Positions 8,320-15,909 of a DNA stretch of 37,227 nt are shown here, piece by piece. The position numbers and the translations under genes were made by a program. The first letter of the stretch is position 1; each line of letters starts with the position of its first letter. The notes beneath the pieces were generated by a model. It saw nothing but the letters and a program-made list of their open reading frames with translations. It was not told where the DNA came from and searched no databases. Where the stretch lies: the NCBI GenBank assembly GCA_046484135.1, contig JAWOBU010000199.1, forward strand, positions 1 to 37,227, read 5' to 3'. Source of the stretch: a bacterium. GTDB lineage: Bacteria > RBG-13-61-14 > DATKZS01.

Positions 8320-9213
8320 CTACTCTATGTTAGCAGTAAATTGCAGGATGATCCGCGAAGCCGCTTCCGGCGCGTCTTCCTGCAGAAAATGGGACGCCTC
8401 GCTTATGATCTGCAAGCGGGCGTCCGGGATATGCTTTACGAACCTGCACGCAATGGGCAGCGGGCAGAAGGGATCGTGTTTTCCCCACAAGACCAGCGTA
8501 GGCCGATTAAAACCCGGGAGCGCGCGCCGGATGCCCCGGAGGTACGGCACCACCGTCCGGTACGCCTTCAGGGTCCGGGTCAGGGTCAGACGGCCGTCCT
8601 CCCGGGAGATAAGCTCCTTCCACGCTTCCCCTTCCGCGCCGGAGAGTGCTCCCGGGTCCTTATGTGCCTTTCTCTGCATGTACCCCAGAATCATGTCCCC
8701 GAACCTCCGGTCGGACATGAAAGCCCGCTGCAAGGCCATGGGAACCAGGATGGATGCCAGCACCGGTCCCGGGATATGGAAGTCCTTTAAGAAGACGGTG
8801 GTGTTGAGGATGGTGAGGCTTGCGACCCGCTCGGGGTTTCGCACCGCGAAGCCGATGGTAAAAGGCCCGCCCACGTCGTGGCAGATAAGATGGGCCCGTT
8901 CTATGGCGAGGGCGTCCAGGAACCTGCCGAAGAAGCGCTCGAACTCGGGAAAGGAGTACCTCTTCTTGTCAGGCGGTTTGTCGGAGAGGCCGAACCCGTA
9001 CAGGTCCCACGCCCGCACCGGGTGCTGCTCCGCCAATAACGGGATCATCCTCCGGTAGAGGAAGCTCGAACGCGGGATGCCGTGAGTGAGGACGAGCGGA
9101 ACATCACCGGCGCCTTCGCTCCGGTAGAATATATCGAGCCCCTCGACCTCGACAAACTCGCCCCCGCTCCTGTGTTCCTCTATGACCCGGTCTCTGGTTT
9201 CGATTGACATCAT
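8320..9213 (-). CDS. Alpha/beta hydrolase (haloalkane dehalogenase/epoxide hydrolase clan)
   Basis: HGIP oxyanion motif, DLYGFGLSDKP, HDVGG Asp nucleophile, WGKHDP, ASHFLQED catalytic His. Confidence 0.88.
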   Translation of the reverse strand: MMSIETRDRVIEEHRSGGEFVEVEGLDIFYRSEGAGDVPLVLTHGIPRSSFLYRRMIPLLAEQHPVRAWDLYGFGLSDKPPDKKRYSFPEFERFFGRFLDALAIERAHLICHDVGGPFTIGFAVRNPERVASLTILNTTVFLKDFHIPGPVLASILVPMALQRAFMSDRRFGDMILGYMQRKAHKDPGALSGAEGEAWKELISREDGRLTLTRTLKAYRTVVPYLRGIRRALPGFNRPTLVLWGKHDPFCPLPIACRFVKHIPDARLQIISEASHFLQEDAPEAASRIILQFTANIE

Positions 9214-9219
9214 TAAAAA

Positions 9220-9248
9220 TTTCTAATCCAAATAAAACCTGTTGTCAA
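9220..9248 (-). promoter_or_regulatory. Sigma70-type promoter, likely leaderless, for the hydrolase-radical SAM cluster
   Basis: Minus strand TTGACA-N17-TAGAAA-N6-ATG(9213); no SD. Confidence 0.6.
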
Positions 9249-9312
9249 ACGCCTATGCTCCTCATAGTGAAGGCGTTGCCCGAAAATGGAAAAACTTAAC
9301 TTCTTTCAGAGC

Positions 9313-9341
9313 TTGACCTTTGGAGGGCGGGAAGCTACTTT
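9313..9341 (+). promoter_or_regulatory. Sigma70-type promoter for hsp20
   Basis: TTGACC-N17-TACTTT, upstream of a GGAGG RBS. Confidence 0.55.
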
Positions 9342-9375
9342 AATAAAATATCGGAATTTCAGAAGGGAGGATGTT

Positions 9376-9807
9376 ATGAGTACCCGCTGGGACCCCTTCC
9401 GTGACCTTATCACTCTCCAGGAACATTTAAACCGCATCTTTGATGCCTCGGTAAGCGAGCACCGTCACCGCGAAGGCCTGGCCGGCTGGCACCCTCCTTC
9501 CGACGTTTGCGAGACCGGGGAGGAGATTCATCTTCTGGTAGAGCTGGCCGGAATGTCTTCGGAAGACTTCGACCTCAGGATAGAAAAGAACAAGCTCATT
9601 CTGAAGGGAGAACGCCGCCCTTTGCGCACCACCGGCGAGTACCACCAGAGCGAAATACTTATCGGCCCTTTCCACCGGGTGTTTCAGCTCCCTTCCAACG
9701 TGGACCCGGCCGGCATAGAGGCCCGTTACCGGGACGGCATCCTGGAGATCATCCTTCCCAAGGTGGACAAGCCGGACCACCAGAACGTTCCCATCAAAGT
9801 CAAATGA
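9376..9807 (+). CDS. Hsp20/alpha-crystallin small heat-shock protein
   Basis: RWDPFRDL N-terminus, ELAG, LKGER, GPFHRVFQLP, ARYRDGILEIILPK. Start set at ATG 9376 after GGGAGG. Confidence 0.93.
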   Translation: MSTRWDPFRDLITLQEHLNRIFDASVSEHRHREGLAGWHPPSDVCETGEEIHLLVELAGMSSEDFDLRIEKNKLILKGERRPLRTTGEYHQSEILIGPFHRVFQLPSNVDPAGIEARYRDGILEIILPKVDKPDHQNVPIKVK

Positions 9808-9835
9808 GGCGGGTTCTTTAAAGTAAGGGGCCTTC

Positions 9836-11560
9836 ATGTCGGACGTGCTTTTTTTGTTGTGGCCGAAATGGCGCTCAGCCATGAACGGCAGCCGGAACCG
9901 GAAGGAGCGTTCCAAGAACCTGTTCCTGGCTTTGCTGGCGGTGCTTTTCTGCTTTGCGGTGTACGGCGCTTTTTACTTTCTTCTGGATTACATCGAGAAC
10001 CTTAACTTGACCGGCCAGGGACTTGAGCTCGAGACTTTCCTCCGGTTCGAGATCAACCGGCGCATCCTGGGCATGGTGGTGCTGGTGTTTCTGGCCATCC
10101 TGATCTTCTCCAACATCATCACCTCGCTGACCACCTTCTTTCTTTCGGAGGACCTGACCCTGGTGGGCGCGCTGCCGGTGTCAGGTGACTCCATTTTCCT
10201 GGCCCGCTACGCCGAGATGCTGCTGCAGTCGTCCTGGATGATCGTTATCTTCGGCACTCCGGTGTTCGTGGCCTTTGGAGCGGTTTACCAGGCGGGGGTG
10301 TGGTACTACCTGGCCATACCCGCGGTGCTGATCCCTTTCCTTCTGATCCCGGCGGGAATCGGTGTCGTGGTTACCATGCTGCTGGTGTACTCCTTTCCGG
10401 CCCGGCGTATCCGGGACATTCTTCTCATCCTCTCCATTGTGGTGGCCGGCATTCTTTTCGTTCTCCTGAGGCTCTTGCAGCCGGAGAAGCTGGCGACCTC
10501 GACGGCCCAGATGGAAGTGATCGAGATCATCCAGAACATCCAGGCGCCCCAGCAGAGCTGGATGCCCAACTACTGGGCGGTCCAGACCCTGACCCAGATA
10601 GTCAAGGGGGGCCTTCTCAGCTCGGGAAAGATGTTCCTGGCCCTGTTGTGGAGCACCGGCCTGGGGATAACCGGGGTGGCGCTCTTCCTCTCCCGGTTTC
10701 TGTACCCGGAGAGCTTCTCCAAGTCGCAGGAGGCCACCCGCACCATCATCTCGAGAACCGACCCGGTAAACCGGTTTATAATCTTCATATCGCGCCCTTT
10801 CCGGCCCGCGACCCGCCAGATAGTCATGAAGGACATAAGGGTGTTCATGCGGGACACCACCCAGTGGTCTCAGCTTTTCCTGCTCGCCGCCCTGGTGGTG
10901 ATCTACATCTTTAACTTCCGGGTCATGCCGCTCTCCCGGTTTCCCATGAACCAGTTCAAGCTTATGAACTTTCTGTGTTACTTAAACATCGGCCTGGCCG
11001 GCTTCGTGGTGACCGCTCTGTCGGTGCGGTTCGTGTTCCCCATGGTGAGCCAGGAAGGCCGGGCCTTCTGGATAATAAAAAGCTCGCCCCTGTCGCTCAA
11101 GGGGTTTTTGTGGTCCAAGTTCCTGATAAGCTGTGTTCCGCTCCTGGTTATCGGCGAGGTCCTCATCATGGTGACCAACTACATCCTGGAAGTCAGCCTG
11201 ACCGTATGGTGGATCAGCGCCATTACCATCGCCCTCATGACCGTGGCCATCTGCGGCATGGGAGTAGGGCTGGGAGCGCGCTTCCCCCGGTTCCAGATCG
11301 AGAACCCGACCAAGGTGGCCACCAGCTTCGGGGGAGTCATATACATGATCATCACCATGAGCGTGATCGGGCTGGTGGTGCTCCTGGAGGCCACACCCAC
11401 CTACATGTACTTCATATCCGAGTTCCGGGGAGTTCCCTTGACCGGTTCGCAGATAGCCCTCATCATAGGGCTGTTTTCCATTATCGTGGCCCTACTGGTC
11501 CTGGCCACCATAGTGCCCATGAAGATCGGGCTGAAATGGCTCGAGAACCTGGAGCTTTAA
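9836..11560 (+). CDS. Putative ABC-2-type exporter permease subunit
   Basis: 574 aa with about 12-14 TM segments; 'FFLSEDL', 'KDIRVFMRDTTQWSQL', 'RFVFPMVSQEGRAFWIIKSSP..FLWSKF'. Confidence 0.8.
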   Translation: MSDVLFLLWPKWRSAMNGSRNRKERSKNLFLALLAVLFCFAVYGAFYFLLDYIENLNLTGQGLELETFLRFEINRRILGMVVLVFLAILIFSNIITSLTTFFLSEDLTLVGALPVSGDSIFLARYAEMLLQSSWMIVIFGTPVFVAFGAVYQAGVWYYLAIPAVLIPFLLIPAGIGVVVTMLLVYSFPARRIRDILLILSIVVAGILFVLLRLLQPEKLATSTAQMEVIEIIQNIQAPQQSWMPNYWAVQTLTQIVKGGLLSSGKMFLALLWSTGLGITGVALFLSRFLYPESFSKSQEATRTIISRTDPVNRFIIFISRPFRPATRQIVMKDIRVFMRDTTQWSQLFLLAALVVIYIFNFRVMPLSRFPMNQFKLMNFLCYLNIGLAGFVVTALSVRFVFPMVSQEGRAFWIIKSSPLSLKGFLWSKFLISCVPLLVIGEVLIMVTNYILEVSLTVWWISAITIALMTVAICGMGVGLGARFPRFQIENPTKVATSFGGVIYMIITMSVIGLVVLLEATPTYMYFISEFRGVPLTGSQIALIIGLFSIIVALLVLATIVPMKIGLKWLENLEL

Positions 11561-11574
11561 AAAGGAAGTTTAAA

Positions 11575-12366
11575 ATGCAGCCCATAAGATTATTTTCCAT
11601 AGCCGTAGCCGCGCTCGTCCTGTTGACGGCGCCAGCGGCCCGCGCCATGGACCTCTACTGGGAGTCGAAAACGGTGACCGCGCTTAACTACGACGGCAAG
11701 ACCGAACAGATGTCGAGCGGAAGGCAAAGCTACTCACTCAAGGACAACCTGCTCCGGGTGGATGATACGGGAAAGCGAAGGTACCGTATCTATAACTTCC
11801 ATCAGCGGACCGCGGTGCTGGTGGACCTTGAAGCGGGCATGTTTGCCGAAGTGTCTTTCCGCCAGATGGCCCGCCGGGTCCGAAACGAAAGAGACCGGGT
11901 CAAAAAAAGCCTGCAACAAAAGGAGAAGACACTATCTTCCCTGCCGCCGGAAGCTAAAAACAAGACCGCGGCGAAGATTCACGCCCAGCGCAAGAAGTAC
12001 AACCTCTGGGGCCGGCGCTACCGGGTCCGCAAAACCGAAGAGCGAAAGACCGTCTCCGGCCATCCCTGCGTAAAGTATGAAGGGCTTTCCGGGGACCAGG
12101 TCTTCCAGGAAATCTGGGTGGCCGAGGACATAAAGATTGACCGGCACTACAAGGTCTACTACGCCCGGGGCATGAAAACCATAGACCCGCAGGAGGGCTC
12201 GCACCTGGGCCGCCTGCCCGGCTTTCCCATGAAGGTGATAACCCACTACGGCTCTGTCACGGTAACCGAAGAAATGACCCACGTGTCCGAGCACAAAATC
12301 CCGGCCAAGGCCTTTTTACTGCCGGAGGAGTTAAAACCTGCGGACTCCTCTTTCAAGCCCTATTGA
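11575..12366 (+). CDS. Secreted protein, DUF4412-like
   Basis: Signal peptide ending ARA-M; 'TEERKTVSGHPCVKY', 'EIWVAEDI', 'GFPMK' typical of DUF4412/GLPGLI-like folds. Real start is ATG 11575 within the 10975 ORF. Confidence 0.7.
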   Translation: MQPIRLFSIAVAALVLLTAPAARAMDLYWESKTVTALNYDGKTEQMSSGRQSYSLKDNLLRVDDTGKRRYRIYNFHQRTAVLVDLEAGMFAEVSFRQMARRVRNERDRVKKSLQQKEKTLSSLPPEAKNKTAAKIHAQRKKYNLWGRRYRVRKTEERKTVSGHPCVKYEGLSGDQVFQEIWVAEDIKIDRHYKVYYARGMKTIDPQEGSHLGRLPGFPMKVITHYGSVTVTEEMTHVSEHKIPAKAFLLPEELKPADSSFKPY

Positions 12367-12391
12367 CCGGAAACCCCGGGTGTTATATAAA
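12363..12391 (+). promoter_or_regulatory. Sigma70-type promoter for the FrhB-family gene
   Basis: TTGACC-N17-TATAAA overlapping the upstream stop codon. Confidence 0.5.
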
Positions 12392-12436
12392 TCGTAGTGC
12401 CGATGTTTGCAAAGCTTTATTACAAGGAGTAGGACA

Positions 12437-13534
12437 GTGGAACTGAAGCTGAACAAAGGACCGACAGACCTGGAGACCAGGGTCTTAAGACAAGAATATT
12501 GCTGCTCCTGCGGGGCCTGCCTGAGCCTTTGTCCTTACTTTAACGTGATGCAGGAACACGTGGTTCTGATGGAGCCGTGCGGGCTTGACAAGGGAAGGTG
12601 CTACGAAGTCTGTCCCCGGTCGGTGGTGGACATGGAGGAACTCAACCAATCCGTGTTCGACAAAGCACGCGACGACTTTGTTCTCGGCACCCACCGCCAG
12701 GTCCTCATGTCGCAGTCCTCGGAAGAAAAAAACCGCGAGAGCGGCCAGTACGGGGGCACGGTAAGCAGTGTTCTCATCCACGGCCTTTCGAGCGGCCTGC
12801 TGGACGGTGCCGTCCTGGCCGGCGACTCCGGTCGCTACAGCCTGCTTCCAGAGCCGGTCCTGGCCCGCTCCGCAGAGGATGTCCTCGCTTGTACCGGGTC
12901 CAAGTATACCGCCTGCCCCAGCCTGAAGATACTGGGACAAGCCCTGAACCAGTGCGAAAAGCTCGCTGTGGTGGGAAGGCCCTGCCAGGTTACGGCCCTT
13001 CGCAAAAGAATGGTGTGCGAGCCCGAAATTAAGGACAGGATCGCGCTGGTGATCGGGCTGTTCTGCATGTGGTCCTTGAACTACAAGCAACTTGTCGCCC
13101 ACCTGGCGGAAAAGATGGACCTCGAAAAGGCGCAAAGAATGGACATCCCCTACAACCGGTTCGTGGTCTTCACCAAAGAGGGCGCCGCCGACCTCGAGTA
13201 CGAGCCCATCAAGGAGCTACACAACCGCACCTGCGACATCTGCTTTGATTTCACTTCCGAGCTCGCCGACCTGTCCGTGGGAAGCACCGAGTGGAAAGAG
13301 GACTGGAACACCCTGATCACCAGGACGGAAAAAGGAGAACAAGCAGTAAACAGCGCGCAGGAAGCCGGCATGCTGAACCTCGAGCCCCTGCCGGACGACC
13401 GGGTCGAACTTCTCAAACAAGCGTCCCTCGGCAAAAAACAGCGGGTCTTAAACGAGCTCGAAAACGGCTGCCCCCTCTCCGATTACCTTGTCATAAGCGG
13501 GGAAGAGAAACAGGCGATAGAAAGCGGAAAGTAG
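12437..13534 (+). CDS. Coenzyme F420 hydrogenase/dehydrogenase beta-subunit (FrhB/FdhB) family protein with N-terminal Fe-S motif
   Basis: CCSCGACLSLCP, QYGGTVS, GSKY, VGRPCQ, IGLFC, CDICFDFTSELADLSVG. Start GTG 12437 after AGGAG. Confidence 0.88.
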   Translation: MELKLNKGPTDLETRVLRQEYCCSCGACLSLCPYFNVMQEHVVLMEPCGLDKGRCYEVCPRSVVDMEELNQSVFDKARDDFVLGTHRQVLMSQSSEEKNRESGQYGGTVSSVLIHGLSSGLLDGAVLAGDSGRYSLLPEPVLARSAEDVLACTGSKYTACPSLKILGQALNQCEKLAVVGRPCQVTALRKRMVCEPEIKDRIALVIGLFCMWSLNYKQLVAHLAEKMDLEKAQRMDIPYNRFVVFTKEGAADLEYEPIKELHNRTCDICFDFTSELADLSVGSTEWKEDWNTLITRTEKGEQAVNSAQEAGMLNLEPLPDDRVELLKQASLGKKQRVLNELENGCPLSDYLVISGEEKQAIESGK

Positions 13535-13570
13535 CGCACCCGGAGCGCTTCTTTGATGAATGTTCCTGCA

Positions 13571-13610
13571 GGAGGTGCGAGCGACTTTAGTCGCGATTGC
13601 CGCACACTCC
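13571..13610. repeat. REP-like palindrome/hairpin between convergent genes
   Basis: GGAG-GTGCG-A-GCGAC-TTTA-GTCGC-GATTGC-CGCAC-A-CTCC stem-loop. Confidence 0.45.
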
Positions 13611-13659
13611 TCTAAATAACATCCATCCAACACCGCTTGCCGGCGCCGCAGAGGCCTTT

Positions 13660-14610
13660 TTACTTTGCCCCTCTCCGTAACCTTGCCTGGAGAACGTTCC
13701 TGAGCCTGCCTCCCAGGGTGCGGGAGCTCGGAAGCAAGGAAGTACGAGCGAGAGCTTCGATGTCTTCCAGGGAAACCAGGGCGGCGTCTTTTCCCCTCTG
13801 GATGAGGTCGTAGGGGTCGGAGAAGTCCGCCCAGTGGACGTGTCCCACCGCGGGCCGGAGCACCACGTCCGCGTGCAAAAGCTGGAGCTCCCGCAGATGC
13901 TTGGTGGTCAGCATGGCGGAACGCAGCACCAGGCTTATTCCCCGCTTATACTCCATGATCTCTTCCACCTCGCGGGAGATGTCCACGGCAATGACCTTGT
14001 CAGCGCCCAGGCTGCGGGCCGGACCCACCGGCACCGCATTGGTCCAGCCTCCGTCTACCAGTACCATGCCGTCCTTCTCCAGGGGGGGAAAGAAGCCCGG
14101 AATAGCGGAAGAGGACCACAGAGCGTCCCGAAGCGAGCCGCTCGTCCAGATGACCTCCCGGCCGCTGACCGTGTCCAGGCTGGCCGCGGCAAAAGGCAGG
14201 GGAAGCTCTTCAATACCAATGTCCGGGACCAGCTCCTCGATGAGCATCTGGAAAACGTCATGCTCTATAATGGACTTGCGCGTTACCGACAGGGAGTACT
14301 TATAGCCCCGCCGGAGCATCAGGGCCATGGAGTTTAAAAAGCCGCCCTCCTCTTCCTCCCGGCGCTCCCGCAGGGAATCGAATTGGGCCGCCTGGAAAGC
14401 CTCGCTCTCGAAGAAACTTTCCATCTTTTTGATGAGCGCGTCGGCGTTGCCCTCCAGCGCGTATATGGCCCCGATAATGGCGCCCATGCTGGAGCCGGTC
14501 ACTACGTCAACCGGAATCCCCCGCGACTCGATGACCTGGAGTACGCCGATGTGAGAAAGCCCCCGGGCCGCACCTCCTCCCAGGGCTATGCCTATACCGC
14601 CGGACTTCAT
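13660..14610 (-). CDS. Patatin-like phospholipase (NTE/RssA family)
   Basis: LGGGAARG, GSSMG, SSAIPG, VDGG motifs. Confidence 0.92.
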   Translation of the reverse strand: MKSGGIGIALGGGAARGLSHIGVLQVIESRGIPVDVVTGSSMGAIIGAIYALEGNADALIKKMESFFESEAFQAAQFDSLRERREEEEGGFLNSMALMLRRGYKYSLSVTRKSIIEHDVFQMLIEELVPDIGIEELPLPFAAASLDTVSGREVIWTSGSLRDALWSSSAIPGFFPPLEKDGMVLVDGGWTNAVPVGPARSLGADKVIAVDISREVEEIMEYKRGISLVLRSAMLTTKHLRELQLLHADVVLRPAVGHVHWADFSDPYDLIQRGKDAALVSLEDIEALARTSLLPSSRTLGGRLRNVLQARLRRGAK

Positions 14611-14621
14611 AACAGGTTAAT

Positions 14622-14650
14622 ATGGTATCACCCGCTATAAGCACTTTCAA
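14622..14650 (-). promoter_or_regulatory. Sigma70-type promoter for patatin, very short leader
   Basis: Minus strand TTGAAA-N17-TACCAT with TG extension; 11 nt to ATG, no SD. Confidence 0.55.
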
Positions 14651-14659
14651 AAGCAATGC

Positions 14660-15739
14660 TCAAGGTATCCAGCGCTCCTTTTTGTACCACTCGATGGTGC
14701 TCTTCAAGCCCTCTACCGCGTCCGGCCACTTCCACTCCATGCCGAGTTTTTTGAGTCCACTCACATCGTAATAGTTGTCCCCCGTCATGTAGCCGATCCA
14801 CTCCGGGTCCAGGCGTAGCCGCAGGCCGTCGGCCAGGCCGTGCGATTCCTTTAAAGCCTCCCACCTTTTTTCCAGGAAGTTGTTGAGCCACCGAAAAGGA
14901 GCGTCGGGAAGCACCGGCAAAAGCGCACCGAAAGAGGACGCCACCGGCCCGGAGTATGGTATCCATGGCTTGACCTCGAGGCCCAGCGGGTCCGCCAGGG
15001 CCCGGACAAAGGCGGGACCGGCCAGGGGGTTCGGGTCGGCAACGTTAAAGGCCTTGCCCACGGTGCCGTCGCTTTGCGCCACCAGCCGGGCGGCCCGGCC
15101 CACGTCGTCAATATGAACGTGGCTGGTGTAGGGTCCGCTGCGCAAGGATATCAGGCGGGGCCTGCCCAGCCCTTCCTTAAGCAGGCTCATGGCGGCAATG
15201 AACATGGCGTGCCCGTAGCGGGACCTCGGGCCGTAGATAAGGGTCGGCCGGATCGAGGCCACCGGCAGTCCGTGTTTGTGATGATACTCGAAAGCAGAGA
15301 GCTCGCCCAGGTACTTGGTCTTCTCGTAGTGGTTGCGAGGCCTTTTGGGGTCGTCCTCCCGGCAGGGACACCGGACCGGCTTGCCGTATACCCCCACCGT
15401 GGCCACGTGAACGAAACGCTCCAGGTTGGGCGCGTATTTGAGAACAGCCTCACACATGTTCCGCGTGCCCTGGTGGTTCACCTCATCAAGCAAGCCGGGC
15501 GAAGCGGAAAGATCGAAAAGACCGGCAACATGCACCACCGCGTCCATGCCCTGCACGGCTTTGCCCAGCGCTTCCGCGTCGGAAAGGTCCGCAGGAACAA
15601 CCTCGACCTCGCGGAGGTCCACCTCGCTGAAATCGCTGCCCGGACGGTCACTGGCCCGCACGTCCTGGTTCGACTCCTGTAAAGCATCAATAACGCTGAG
15701 ACCGACCAGACCGGTGGCTCCGTTAACAAGAACTTTCAT
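14660..15739 (-). CDS. Extended SDR (3-beta-hydroxysteroid dehydrogenase/epimerase-like)
   Basis: GATGLVG, HVAG, YEKTK, RPTLIYGP; start at MKVLV (15739). Confidence 0.87.
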   Translation of the reverse strand: MKVLVNGATGLVGLSVIDALQESNQDVRASDRPGSDFSEVDLREVEVVPADLSDAEALGKAVQGMDAVVHVAGLFDLSASPGLLDEVNHQGTRNMCEAVLKYAPNLERFVHVATVGVYGKPVRCPCREDDPKRPRNHYEKTKYLGELSAFEYHHKHGLPVASIRPTLIYGPRSRYGHAMFIAAMSLLKEGLGRPRLISLRSGPYTSHVHIDDVGRAARLVAQSDGTVGKAFNVADPNPLAGPAFVRALADPLGLEVKPWIPYSGPVASSFGALLPVLPDAPFRWLNNFLEKRWEALKESHGLADGLRLRLDPEWIGYMTGDNYYDVSGLKKLGMEWKWPDAVEGLKSTIEWYKKERWIP

Positions 15740-15909
15740 ACCCGAAACCCCCAAAATAAAATAATACAGACCTCTGTGACACTCCCGCGCTTTTAAGCAC
15801 CGCCCCCGCAGTATAGGTTGAGATCAAAAACAAATGCAAATGGGCCGGCCCCTCCTTCCAAACCTCTCGAAACTTGTAAGCAAAAGGCCTTTATGTTGAG
15901 ATTATCCGA

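Noticed and set aside
8320..9213. Calling the hydrolase a haloalkane dehalogenase
   Set aside because: The residue after the Asp nucleophile is Val (HDVGG), not the halide-stabilising Trp; substrate left open.
9250..9375. CIRCE/HrcA operator upstream of hsp20
   Set aside because: No TTAGCACTC-N9-GAGTGCTAA repeat present.
10975..11574. 200-codon N-terminal extension of the 463-aa ORF
   Set aside because: Overlaps the permease in another frame; the signal peptide starts at 11575.
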